A stretch of DNA of 64,000 nt from Candidatus Thorarchaeota archaeon (GTDB lineage: Archaea; Asgardarchaeota; Thorarchaeia; Thorarchaeales; Thorarchaeaceae): positions 1 to 64,000 of the forward strand of contig JAGSHN010000016.1 of assembly GCA_029855935.1 (NCBI GenBank), given 5' to 3'. Below the pieces are notes generated by a model. It was not told where the DNA came from. It searched no databases and saw only the letters and a program-made list of their open reading frames with translations. Each line of letters starts with the position of its first letter. Position 1 is the first letter of the stretch. Below are positions 1-9,935 of the stretch, one piece after another. The translations under genes were made by a program, and so were the position numbers.

Positions 1-3000
1 CTCTCAAGTCCGTACGACGTGTCAACAACTGGTCTGTCTGAAGGGTCTCATACTCTGAACGTCTATGCAAGCGACGGGCCCGGGAACTGGGCATTTGCAT
101 CGTACTCCTTTGTAGTCGACGATACTCCCCCAAGTGTCGTACTGAACTCGCCTGCGGACGGCTCGGAGATACGGTCGGGGACGCTGATAGATCTCGATGT
201 GTCTGACACGAATACTCTCGACACCGTCCTGTACGCGTGGGACGGTGGTACCGAGACCAGCCTTGCCTCACCCTATGATGTGCCGACCTCGGGACTATCA
301 GAGGGAACTCACACACTGGCTGTCTCGGCACGAGATGCGGCGGGCAACTGGGCAAATGTCACGTACAGCTTCATCATCGATGACACGCCTCCATCAATCA
401 CCCTCCTCAGCCCAGCCGAGGGATCGTATGTCACCGACGGAGACACCATCGATACAGATGTCCATGACGACAACACTCTCCAGCAGGTTCTCTATGGATG
501 GGACGGATTGGCCACCAACTCTCTGTCTGCACCCTATGACATCACAGTCTCGGGGCTGAGTGATGGGAGTCATACTCTGAATATCTCTGCAAGAGATGCT
601 GCAGGCAACTGGGCGATTGCGACCTACACCTTTGTGGTCGATAACACTCCGCCCTCAATCGCTCTCCTGTCACCATCAGACTCCTCGGTCATTCAGTCGG
701 GGACAATAATCGACCTTGACGTGACAGATGCAATATCTCTCTCGCAGGTACTGTATCACTGGGACTCAGACACGAACTCCACCTTGCCGAGCCCATACGA
801 TGTCTCAACAGCGGGTCTGAACGAGGGGCCTCATCAGCTCTACGTGTTCGCTGAGGATGGAGCCGGCAACTGGGCCTCCTCCACTTATTCCTTCACAATA
901 GACGACACTGCCCCGACCATAACCCTGCTGTCGCCCTCTGACGGTGCAGAGATACAGTCTGGCACTGCCATAGACCTTGATGTGACAGATGGCAACGGTG
1001 TTTCATCGGTGACCTACAATTGGGATGGGGAAAGCAATGCGACCCTTGCAAGCCCGTACGACGTGGACACGACGGGTCTGTCAGAAGGCGCTCACGTGCT
1101 ACATGTCTACGCTGAGGATCTGGCCAGCAATACGGCGTCCGCAACCTTCACGTTCACAGTGGATGATACTCCGCCTGCCATCGTGCTGAATAGTCCGTCT
1201 GACGGCTCGGAGATACAGTCCGGTACAACGGTTGACCTTGACGTCAGTGATGCGAACACCTTGGCAGAGGTCCACTACAACTGGGATGGCGGAACAAACC
1301 AGACGATGGCATCCCCGTATGATGTTCAGGCCAGCGGGCTGACGGAGGGTAGTCACACGCTCAACGTGTTTGCGCGCGACGAGGCAGGAAACGAGGCATC
1401 TGCATCGTACACGTTCGTCATTGACGATACGTCTCCCACAATCACACTCGTGTCACCAAGCGACGGCTCGGAGATACAGTCCGGTACCGACGTCAATCTC
1501 GACGTGTCAGACAGCAATACCCTCTACGAGGTTCTGTATAACTGGGATGGTGGGACGAACAGTACTCTCGCCAGCCCGTACGATGTGACGACTTCTGGGC
1601 TGACAGAGGGATCGCACATGCTTGAGGTCTATGCCCGGGATGAGGCGGGCAACTGGGCCTCCGCCACCTTTACATTTGTCATCGACGACACCGCTCCGGT
1701 CGTCTCTCTGCTCGCTCCTCCAGACGGGTCAGAGGTTCGGTCTGGTACGGTGGTGGACTTGGACGTCACCGATGACAACACTCTCTCGGAGGTCAGGTAC
1801 AACTGGGACGGTGGGACCAACAACTCGCTTGCGTCGCCCTACGACATTCCGATGAGTTCGCTGAGTGAGGGTGCTCATACCCTCCACGTGTTCGCAACCG
1901 ACGCAGCAGGCAATACGAGATCCGAAACATACTCCTTCGTCGTCGATGACACTGCGCCCACAATCACACTGCTCTCTCCAAGCGATGGCGCGGAGATACC
2001 GTCCGGCACAGACATTGATCTGAGTGTGAGCGAGACCAACACGCTTGCGCAGGTCGCATACAACTGGGACGGTGCGACTAACACCTCGCTGAGTTCGCCC
2101 TATGTTGTCAGCACAAGTGGGCTCTCCGAGGGTACCCACACCCTCTACGTCTACGCAAGCGATGCGGCTGGGAACGAGGGCTCCGAGCAGTACAGCTTTG
2201 TGATCGATGACACTGCGCCCTCGATAGTCCTCAACTCACCCACAGAGGGGTCAGAGATTCAGCCTGGCACTATCATCGATCTCGACATAGCGGACTCAAA
2301 TACGCTGTACGAGGCTCTCTATGCCTGGGACAGCGCCGCCAACCAGACGCTGCCAGTCCCGTTTGATGTCTCTACGTCTTCGTTGTCTGATGGTGCCCAC
2401 GTACTCAGAGTATACGCCCGCGATGCTGCAGACAACTGGGCGTCAGCGCAATACACCTTTGTCATCGACAGTACTGCTCCTGTCATCACACTGATCTCAC
2501 CAACGAACGGCTCGGTTGTCGCCACAGGCGACGTGATAGACCTAGACATCTCAGAGCAGAACACCCTCCACAGTGCAAGCTACAGATGGGACTCCGGCTC
2601 CTCCACTTCTCTGACCAGTCCCTTCGACATAGATGTCACGGGCCTGTCTGAGGGCCAGCACACTCTTGTGGTTTCTGCGACCGACGCGGCAGGCAATACA
2701 GCAGAGGAGTCCTACGTCTTCATCGTGGATGACACTGCCCCTGAGATTGCTGTACTGAGCCCACCAGCCGACACGGTGCATCAGAGTGGTTCTACGATGA
2801 GAATATCGGTGACAGACCCCCATCTTGCCTCTGTGCGCTACCACTGGGATACAGGGTCGTGGGTCGCGTGGAGCTCACCCTATGAGACCACTCTCCCGTC
2901 AGGCGAAGGATCTCATACGCTCTACGTGGAGGCCACCGACGAGGCAGGCAATCTTCGGCAGGCCCAGTTCTCTTGGGTCTGTGACGATACATCCCCTGTC

Positions 3001-5304
3001 GTGGTGCTAAACGGCCCCGCAAATACCACGACGCATCACAGTGGCACGTCGATTGACCTCTCGGTCAGTGACCTGCATCTGCAGGAGGTCCTCTACAGAT
3101 GGGACTCCGATGCTTGGGCCACCCTCGCCGCACCGTTTGATACGTACCTCCCGGCTGGCGATGGCCCGCACGAGCTCCACGTCAACGCATCTGACGAGGC
3201 AGGCAACTGGGCGTATGAACGATATCTCTTCTACACTGATGATGCCACGCCGCTCGTGATACTGTACAGTCCGGCCAACAACACCGTACAGCCGAGCGGG
3301 ACACTGGTGAACGTGTCAATCACGGATGACGATCTTGACACGGTACTGTACAGATGGGATAGTGGCACGTGGTCGGTCTGGCCTGCTCCCTATGATACCC
3401 AGGTCCCTGCCCCAGAGGGCACGCATCGGCTTGAGGTCTTCGTCAATGACACGGCTGGCAACGTGGAGTCGCCAACGTACGTCTTCGTCACAGATGATAC
3501 TGTCCCATCAATTCTGCTCCTCAGTCCGGCAAATGGCACAGTCAGCCGCAGTGGCACCACCATCGACCTTGATGTATCGGACGCTCATCTCGACTCAGTC
3601 GTCATCCAGTGGGACTCCGGGTCGTGGGCATCCCTGTCCGCGCCGTACGACACACTCCTGCCATCAGCCGATGGATCTCACACACTCGTCATCAATGCGA
3701 CCGACGCAGCTGGTCACTTGACCGTGCGCACGTTCGTCTTTGTGACCGACGACACAGCCCCCACCATAGTCCTTGAGCAGCCATCAAACGAAACGGTTCA
3801 TCGCTCGGGGGTGACCGTGGACGTGTCCGTTGTCGAGGTGAATATGCAGTCCGTGCAGTTCAGATGGGATGCCTCGGGATGGTCATCTTGGTCTGAGCCA
3901 TTCATAACGATGCTCCCCACTGGTGACGGGACTCATACTCTGGAGGTGACAGCAACAGATGAGGCTGGGAATACGGCATCAGCGAAGTACGTATTCTATG
4001 TCGATGACACTGCACCATCAATCGCCCTCGTTTCTCCTGCCAACTCGACCGTCCAGACCAGCGGGACCGAGATCTACATCTCGGTCGTCGATCCACATCT
4101 CTCGTCCGTCCTGTTCAGGTGGGATGCCGGTCAGTGGGCGACAGGGTCCTCGTCTCTTGTGACAGAGATTCCTTCGGGCGATGGCACTCACGTCCTGACG
4201 GTGAATGCGACCGACTCGATTGGAAACTGGGCTCTGACAAGCTATTCGTGGACCGTCGATGATACCCCGCCCCTGATCGTACTGTTGTCGCCCGCCAACA
4301 ACAGTGTCTTGAACAGCGGCGTCTTGGTAGACTTGAACGTGAGCGATGACCACTTGTTGTCGGTCACGTACCAGTGGGACGGCGGCACGAGTGGTACGCT
4401 GGAGAGTCCCTACGATCTCACAGTACCCGCCGGAGACGGCATTCACACGCTTGTGGTCAATGCTACCGATGCAGTCTCTCACTCGACGCTGGTAAACCTT
4501 GTCTTCATCGTTGATGATACTGCTCCATCGGTCGCTCTTGCTTCACCGAACAACGCGACCATCCATCGGAGTGGAACGGCAGTCCTTGTATCGGTCGTCG
4601 AAGTCCATCTTGAGACGGTGATGGTGTCTTGGGACGGTGGCGTGTGGGTTGACATCACGGTCTCGAGCAGTACGACCCTGCCCGTAGGTGATGGGGAGCA
4701 CTCGCTCGACGTGCGGGCGACGGACGCCGCAGGAAACACGGGAACGCTGTCATTGATCTTCATCACGGATGACACACCGCCGGAGGTGTCAGGCCCGGAG
4801 ACCGTAGAGTACGTGTCTGGTACCACTGGACACGCGGTCGAGTGGACACTGTATGACGACCATCCGTTCAACTACTCCGTGACATTGGACGGCGAGAGCG
4901 TCGCTGCTGGTGGCTGGACTGTATCGGGACAGAATGTCACGGTCAACGTTGATGGTCTCTCGGTAGGCAACCATTCGTGTTCAATCGTTGTCTTTGACGA
5001 GGCTGGCAACTCTGTATCACACTCTGTCGAGATAGTGGTGTTCGAGGCAGAACCAACGACCACCGGGACCACGACGACCGAGACGACCACTACGAGCACT
5101 ACAACACCGACTGGAAGTACGACCACTACAACCACTGGCGTCCCCACGGGGACGACGTCAACGTCCACGATCACTGCACCCCTACCCGGTATCCTCCTCA
5201 GTATTGACATCACCGTGGCCATAGTGCTTCTGGGTGGCGCCACGCTCGTAGTTGTGGTGATAGTGACAGTGTGGGTGCGTCGCCGGGCCCGGCTCGCCCC
5301 CTAG
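1..5304 (+). CDS. Large cell-surface protein with tandem Ig-like (Big-type) repeats, Thr-rich linker and C-terminal TM anchor; 5'-partial
   Basis: Frame is open from base 1 (LSSPYDVSTTG). Repeats end in DDT(P/A)P and contain GxHxLxVxAxDxAGN. Many NxS/T sequons. Thr-rich stalk, then a hydrophobic helix followed by RRRAR. Confidence 0.88.
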   Translation, partial: LSSPYDVSTTGLSEGSHTLNVYASDGPGNWAFASYSFVVDDTPPSVVLNSPADGSEIRSGTLIDLDVSDTNTLDTVLYAWDGGTETSLASPYDVPTSGLSEGTHTLAVSARDAAGNWANVTYSFIIDDTPPSITLLSPAEGSYVTDGDTIDTDVHDDNTLQQVLYGWDGLATNSLSAPYDITVSGLSDGSHTLNISARDAAGNWAIATYTFVVDNTPPSIALLSPSDSSVIQSGTIIDLDVTDAISLSQVLYHWDSDTNSTLPSPYDVSTAGLNEGPHQLYVFAEDGAGNWASSTYSFTIDDTAPTITLLSPSDGAEIQSGTAIDLDVTDGNGVSSVTYNWDGESNATLASPYDVDTTGLSEGAHVLHVYAEDLASNTASATFTFTVDDTPPAIVLNSPSDGSEIQSGTTVDLDVSDANTLAEVHYNWDGGTNQTMASPYDVQASGLTEGSHTLNVFARDEAGNEASASYTFVIDDTSPTITLVSPSDGSEIQSGTDVNLDVSDSNTLYEVLYNWDGGTNSTLASPYDVTTSGLTEGSHMLEVYARDEAGNWASATFTFVIDDTAPVVSLLAPPDGSEVRSGTVVDLDVTDDNTLSEVRYNWDGGTNNSLASPYDIPMSSLSEGAHTLHVFATDAAGNTRSETYSFVVDDTAPTITLLSPSDGAEIPSGTDIDLSVSETNTLAQVAYNWDGATNTSLSSPYVVSTSGLSEGTHTLYVYASDAAGNEGSEQYSFVIDDTAPSIVLNSPTEGSEIQPGTIIDLDIADSNTLYEALYAWDSAANQTLPVPFDVSTSSLSDGAHVLRVYARDAADNWASAQYTFVIDSTAPVITLISPTNGSVVATGDVIDLDISEQNTLHSASYRWDSGSSTSLTSPFDIDVTGLSEGQHTLVVSATDAAGNTAEESYVFIVDDTAPEIAVLSPPADTVHQSGSTMRISVTDPHLASVRYHWDTGSWVAWSSPYETTLPSGEGSHTLYVEATDEAGNLRQAQFSWVCDDTSPVVVLNGPANTTTHHSGTSIDLSVSDLHLQEVLYRWDSDAWATLAAPFDTYLPAGDGPHELHVNASDEAGNWAYERYLFYTDDATPLVILYSPANNTVQPSGTLVNVSITDDDLDTVLYRWDSGTWSVWPAPYDTQVPAPEGTHRLEVFVNDTAGNVESPTYVFVTDDTVPSILLLSPANGTVSRSGTTIDLDVSDAHLDSVVIQWDSGSWASLSAPYDTLLPSADGSHTLVINATDAAGHLTVRTFVFVTDDTAPTIVLEQPSNETVHRSGVTVDVSVVEVNMQSVQFRWDASGWSSWSEPFITMLPTGDGTHTLEVTATDEAGNTASAKYVFYVDDTAPSIALVSPANSTVQTSGTEIYISVVDPHLSSVLFRWDAGQWATGSSSLVTEIPSGDGTHVLTVNATDSIGNWALTSYSWTVDDTPPLIVLLSPANNSVLNSGVLVDLNVSDDHLLSVTYQWDGGTSGTLESPYDLTVPAGDGIHTLVVNATDAVSHSTLVNLVFIVDDTAPSVALASPNNATIHRSGTAVLVSVVEVHLETVMVSWDGGVWVDITVSSSTTLPVGDGEHSLDVRATDAAGNTGTLSLIFITDDTPPEVSGPETVEYVSGTTGHAVEWTLYDDHPFNYSVTLDGESVAAGGWTVSGQNVTVNVDGLSVGNHSCSIVVFDEAGNSVSHSVEIVVFEAEPTTTGTTTTETTTTSTTTPTGSTTTTTTGVPTGTTSTSTITAPLPGILLSIDITVAIVLLGGATLVVVVIVTVWVRRRARLAP
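118..4767 (+). repeat. Intragenic tandem domain repeats: 10 x 261 nt (87 aa) followed by 8 x 255 nt (85 aa)
   Basis: The DD(T) boundary codons fall at 118, 379, 901 ... 2728 (261-nt steps), then 2983 ... 4768 (255-nt steps). Confidence 0.9.
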
Positions 5305-5330
5305 GGGCACACGATGGCTCTCGGATCAGT

Positions 5331-6032
5331 TCATCGCTTGGCTGTGCGTCTCAGCCCGACAAGGGCGATTGCAACTAGGAGCAGCCCACCTCCTAGCATG
5401 AGCCTGAAGTTCAAACTGTCAGTCTTGCTTGGAAACTCGTACGGATACTCGATGGTACTATTGCTCCGAGCAGCGATGTCCTCAAAGATGGCCTTGGCCG
5501 TGGGCGAGGAGAAATCATAGGCTGACACGTCCATGCCGTGATACAGCAGCATGTAGTGAAGATGCGGGTAGTTCTCGCTATGGAGCAGCCGTGCCAGCTC
5601 CGTGCCTGTGGTCACACTTTCACCAATGGACACCCGTATCGCATCATGCTGTGCAGAGTTGTTCGTGTCATCGTGGAAACCAGGTTCGAGTACGAGCTTG
5701 ACCGCCCACACGAAGTCGACGGTGATGCCAATGCTGAAGAGTACGTTTCCCGCATACGGGTTCACTGTCTCCGAGATCGCGGTGATTTTTCCGCTGCAGG
5801 GTGCGATGACTGTGACATCTGTTGAGATCACAAGGTCGATGCCGTTGTGATACACTCCTGGCTCACCCCAGTCCGGTGTGTGATATGCCGAGAGCCTCTC
5901 GACCAAGTCTGACTCTGCAATCGGAAACTCAAGTTGCGGTGGCGGTGTATCAGGTAGAATACTCGCAGTTGCCAGTCCTGTGCCAACAAGCAGTAGGACT
6001 ATGAATAGGACTCTCAGGTGGCGAACCTTCAT
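5331..6032 (-). CDS. Membrane-anchored M23-family (LytM-like) Zn metallopeptidase-like protein
   Basis: HxxxD (HNGID) and HxH (PHLHY) motifs, plus VIAPCSGKI. N-terminal signal/TM and C-terminal TM. Start placed at ATG 6032 (MKVRHLR). Confidence 0.72.
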   Translation of the reverse strand: MKVRHLRVLFIVLLLVGTGLATASILPDTPPPQLEFPIAESDLVERLSAYHTPDWGEPGVYHNGIDLVISTDVTVIAPCSGKITAISETVNPYAGNVLFSIGITVDFVWAVKLVLEPGFHDDTNNSAQHDAIRVSIGESVTTGTELARLLHSENYPHLHYMLLYHGMDVSAYDFSSPTAKAIFEDIAARSNSTIEYPYEFPSKTDSLNFRLMLGGGLLLVAIALVGLRRTAKR

Positions 6033-6146
6033 AGAACCACTCTCTGCACGTCCCCCATAATAGTCCTCCTTGGATGAACTGCTCCTATGAGCGCACAATC
6101 GTATGTCGTCACGTCAACGGGTCTTCGGCTCTCTGAAAGCTTGTTC

Positions 6147-6878
6147 TTAACCTCCTGAGCGACTGAACGCCCACGTTCTCGGTAGTCCGAACGTGCACGC
6201 AATTCCTACCACAGCTATTGCAGTGAAGAAGAACCCGATGCCGAGCTTTAGTCTGTAGGTTGGGCTGTCCATCCTGTCCGGAAAATCGTACGAGCACCGA
6301 ACGGTACCGCTAGTCCTAGCGGCAATATCGTCGAGAGTTGCCTTGGCCTCTGGAGTGGAGAAGTCGTAGGGTGACACGCCCATCCTGTAATAGAGCAAGA
6401 CGTAATAGAGATGAGGCTTGTAGGTGCCACAGAGTAATCTCGCTATTTCAGTTCCCGTAGTCACGACCCTCTGTTCGACATATATGGCTCTCGTCTGCGC
6501 CTCGATTTCGTTGGGAGTGTTGACGCCAGACTTGAGAATGAGCTTGACCGTCCAGACTGAGTCGATGCTGATAGTGATGCTGAACATTGTGTTGTTCGAA
6601 TATGGAATGATAATCTGAGAATACTCTATGATGGAACCATTGCATGGTGCAATGACAGTCACGTTTGTAGAGAACGCCAGATCGATACCATTCTCATAGG
6701 TCCCCAGTTTGCCCCAGTATGAGGTGTGTTGCGCCAAGACCTGCTCGACCGACTCCGGTTCGGCAATCGGGAACCCCAGTTGTGGGGGCGCCGTATCGGG
6801 TAGAGCGCACTCCGCCAGTAAGTAGGCACCGATTAGCAACAAGGCTATGAGCAATCCTCTCACGTGGTCGGTGCTCAT
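6147..6878 (-). CDS. Tandem paralog of the M23-like protein with substituted Zn ligands
   Basis: Colinear with the neighbour (LPDTxPPQLxFPIAE, NGIDL, VTVIAPC, TTGTExARLL, YDFSxPxAKA), but reads ENGID and PHLYY. Confidence 0.72.
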   Translation of the reverse strand: MSTDHVRGLLIALLLIGAYLLAECALPDTAPPQLGFPIAEPESVEQVLAQHTSYWGKLGTYENGIDLAFSTNVTVIAPCNGSIIEYSQIIIPYSNNTMFSITISIDSVWTVKLILKSGVNTPNEIEAQTRAIYVEQRVVTTGTEIARLLCGTYKPHLYYVLLYYRMGVSPYDFSTPEAKATLDDIAARTSGTVRCSYDFPDRMDSPTYRLKLGIGFFFTAIAVVGIACTFGLPRTWAFSRSGG

Positions 6879-7022
6879 ACTCACATAATAGGCGATTGCC
6901 TCATTAATACTCATCTACGGTCCATCTCGTACCATCTTCTTGCTCAACGGCGAGGTCGGCAGACGCTTCCTTTGGTAGTCTGATCTCACTGTAGCATCGC
7001 CTGCCCGCTGGCTGGCACAGTA

Positions 7023-8336
7023 TCACTCTATCATCGGCTCAGGCAGCTTGAGGGATTCGTGCGTTCTCTCCTCAAAGATCTGTCTTGCAACCTTGAGGAG
7101 GCTCTTCTCTATGCCCGCGATGTTGTTGTTGGTGGCCACAATCAGGTTGACCTTCGTCACGATACCTCTATCGTCAGTCCAGTAGTGATGTATCAGAGTT
7201 CCACGAGGTGCCTCGACACAGCCAATCCCATTGCCCTTTCTCGGCTCCACATCTGACAGCTTGATGTCTGTGCTCACAATGTCCGGATCATTGAGCAGAT
7301 GCTCTATCTCCTCCACGGCTTGGACCATCTCTATGACGCGAGCCCAGTGATACGCAAACGTGGCGTGAATGGGTCGCCCGAGTCTTGAGCGCATCTCCTC
7401 CAGGGCCTCTTGAGCAAGAGGTGTCTTCATTCTGTCTGCAATATTGCATCTTGCCAATGTGTTCGCGCGCCACACTCCATCTGGGTATCCTGCAGGCCCA
7501 TAGTAGACATGCGTCGCGTAGGAATGGTCCGGCACATATTCGCCGACGTACTTCCGATACTCCTTTGGTCTGAAGTCGGCGACTATCTTGCCCTCAGGAC
7601 TCATCACACGAATCTTGCCATCGTAGATCTCAAGGGCCCCCTTGTCGTGTGTCCCGACATAGTAGGTTGGGACAACGGCCAGCTTGGTCACAGCATCCCA
7701 ATAGTCTTCAATCACTCTCTTGCCGAGGTCCAGCGTCTGTATGACCCACTGCTTCAGTCCCTCGACCTGCTCGAGGAACCTGTCACGCGAGTCTTCCGAG
7801 AAAGGTTGTGACAGTCCTCCGGGAACAGCTGTGACCGGATGTACTGCCTTGCCACCGATGGCGCCCACCAAGCTCTGGCCATACTCCATCATCTGCAGGG
7901 CCAGCTTCCCCACGTCGGGCAGCGACTTGATGATCTGGACCACGTTGCGCTTTGCTGGATCTGCAAACGGCCCGGCGAGGAAGTCGGGGGCTGCAAGCGC
8001 AAAGAAATGCAGCCCGTGAGAGGAGAGTTGTTTAGCATTGATGAGGAGTCGTCGCACCTTGACGGCAGCATCGGGCGGCGTCACCCCCCAGGCTGCCTCG
8101 ACAGCCTTGACGGATGCCAAGTGGTGAGGCACGGGACAGATGCCACATATTCGTTCGGCAATGCGAGGCACCTCCTCTGCAAAGCGCCCCTCAAGGAACT
8201 TCTCGAAGAATCGAGTGCTCGTCACATTGAACTGCACATCCTTGACCTTACCGTCCTTGCCGAGTCTAATCGTCAGCGCCCCGTGTCCCTCAAGGCGTGT
8301 GACTGGCTCGATTCTGATCACTCGCTCGTCACTCAT
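7023..8336 (-). CDS. mvhA: Group 3c [NiFe]-hydrogenase large subunit, MvhA/VhuA-type, lacking the C-terminal DPCxxCxxH motif
   Basis: TRLEGHG, L1 motif RICGICPVPH, VEAPRGTLIHHY, NLIVATNNN. Co-oriented with mvhG and mvhD. Confidence 0.92.
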   Translation of the reverse strand: MSDERVIRIEPVTRLEGHGALTIRLGKDGKVKDVQFNVTSTRFFEKFLEGRFAEEVPRIAERICGICPVPHHLASVKAVEAAWGVTPPDAAVKVRRLLINAKQLSSHGLHFFALAAPDFLAGPFADPAKRNVVQIIKSLPDVGKLALQMMEYGQSLVGAIGGKAVHPVTAVPGGLSQPFSEDSRDRFLEQVEGLKQWVIQTLDLGKRVIEDYWDAVTKLAVVPTYYVGTHDKGALEIYDGKIRVMSPEGKIVADFRPKEYRKYVGEYVPDHSYATHVYYGPAGYPDGVWRANTLARCNIADRMKTPLAQEALEEMRSRLGRPIHATFAYHWARVIEMVQAVEEIEHLLNDPDIVSTDIKLSDVEPRKGNGIGCVEAPRGTLIHHYWTDDRGIVTKVNLIVATNNNIAGIEKSLLKVARQIFEERTHESLKLPEPMIE

Positions 8337-9262
8337 CGCCTGTCCTCCCCGTCACCTTTATCGCCGCTGTTCCCTGCGCTCACCTTTGCTATGTAGGACG
8401 CCGCATAGTCGGTGAAGTAGAATGAGCCTACAGGGTCTGGGAACGCGTTCTCCAGCTCCTCAGGGCTCATATCTGCTATCGCACCAAGTGCTGAGATGAT
8501 CTTGGCACCGTGGTCCCTTATCGATGGTGGTGGTCCAAAGCATCCCTTGCACGGCATATTCGCCTTCGGGCACTGAGCTCCACAGAAGCCAATCGTGGCG
8601 AATCCCAGACAGAGGTACCCTTGATCAAGGAGGCACTTCTCGGGGTCCGGCCTCCCCTGATATGTCCTCTTGAACTCCTTGATCCTCTTCTCCTTTCGCT
8701 CACGTGGGCACTCATCACAGACTGTGGTGTCCGGCAGGTCGAATGGCCTTCCTGTGAGCAGTGCGACCACTGCATCATAGACATTGTCGCTCGTCGGTGG
8801 ACAGCCCGGCAATATGATGTCGAACCTGACCCGGTCAGTATTTGGGATAATGTACTCGACAAATCCGGGGACGTTCTCCTCAGGCACTCGGGAGTCGGTC
8901 ACAGTCTCGGTCTTGATGAACTTTCTCTGAACTAGCTGTGCAAGCGGCCATGTGTTGGCGAGGCCCTGAACACCCCCGTAGCATGAGCACGATCCCCACG
9001 CCACGAGAAGCCTGCTCTTCTCTCGCATTAGCTCAAGGATGTGCACATCCTCCTTCGTCCGGCAACTCCCCTCCACAAAGCCGAGATGAACTGAGCCATC
9101 AGGAAGGCTCTTCAGGTCAGACAGTTTGTAGTCGACAACAGCTGGCCAGTAGACTACCTCAAGGTCGGGGAGGACATCCAGCAGTCTGAAATGGAGGTCC
9201 ACAAGTGCCTGATCGCATCCCCAGCAAGAGGAGAGCTGAGCAAAAGCAACACGCTTCGCCAT
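8333..9262 (-). CDS. mvhG: F420-non-reducing hydrogenase small (Fe-S) subunit
   Basis: SSCWGC, VEGS, GSCSCYGG, PGCPP, VCDECPR, CLLDQGYLCLG, CGAQCP, CKGCFGP. Overlaps the mvhA start. Confidence 0.93.
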   Translation of the reverse strand: MAKRVAFAQLSSCWGCDQALVDLHFRLLDVLPDLEVVYWPAVVDYKLSDLKSLPDGSVHLGFVEGSCRTKEDVHILELMREKSRLLVAWGSCSCYGGVQGLANTWPLAQLVQRKFIKTETVTDSRVPEENVPGFVEYIIPNTDRVRFDIILPGCPPTSDNVYDAVVALLTGRPFDLPDTTVCDECPRERKEKRIKEFKRTYQGRPDPEKCLLDQGYLCLGFATIGFCGAQCPKANMPCKGCFGPPPSIRDHGAKIISALGAIADMSPEELENAFPDPVGSFYFTDYAASYIAKVSAGNSGDKGDGEDRR

Positions 9263-9266
9263 CGCG

Positions 9267-9740
9267 TCATCTCCTCCCTCTCATTGGACTCGGCCCAAGT
9301 GCCCTTATTCGCTCGACCATCATTCTGACACCCTCCGCAAAGACATCCCCCTCAGCTGCACTGGCCCATTGCAGATGGACTCTACGCGGGTCTATGCCCG
9401 CCTGCTCAAGGAGCCCCCGTAGGAGAACGTAGCGCGATCTCATGCGCAGGTTTCCGCTGGTGTAGTGACAGTCGCCGGGATGGCACCCGGAGATGAGCAC
9501 GCCATCTGCCCCCATATACAGGGCCTCAAGAATGAACGCGGGGTCTATCCGACCTGTGCAGTTGACCCGGATGATTCTCACGTTCGGGGGCATCTGCATC
9601 CTGCTGGTGCCTGCAAGGTCCGCACCCGCGTACGAACACCAGTTGCAGCAGAAGGCGACGATTCGAGGCTCAAACCCGCCAGCAGAGGCTCTGCCCCTTC
9701 TCTTGGTCGCAGCACTCGACTTCTGGGCCGCAGTTGTCAC
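9267..9740 (-). CDS. mvhD: Hydrogenase iron-sulfur subunit delta (Cys form)
   Basis: FEPRIVAFCCNWCSYAGADLAG, RVNCTGRID, GADGVLISGCHPGDCHY. Confidence 0.95.
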   Translation of the reverse strand: MTTAAQKSSAATKRRGRASAGGFEPRIVAFCCNWCSYAGADLAGTSRMQMPPNVRIIRVNCTGRIDPAFILEALYMGADGVLISGCHPGDCHYTSGNLRMRSRYVLLRGLLEQAGIDPRRVHLQWASAAEGDVFAEGVRMMVERIRALGPSPMRGRR

Positions 9741-9935
9741 TATCTGGACGCTCCATCCGACAGTGTGTGGCGGGCGTAATCGTTCCTAAAAACATTAGCG
9801 TGCACTGGGCGTTCATCTTCGGCATCGAACATGACTGTCTTCGGTCATCCGCCCTCTTGCGGACGATAGAAAGGGATACTTTTATTTCTGGCCGGCCCAA
9901 GATTGCACACATCTCCATGACGGAGGCATCTCATA

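Noticed and set aside
9670-9918. Short ORF upstream of mvhD considered as a VhuU candidate
   Set aside because: It contains no DP(C/U)xxC motif and overlaps mvhD out of frame.
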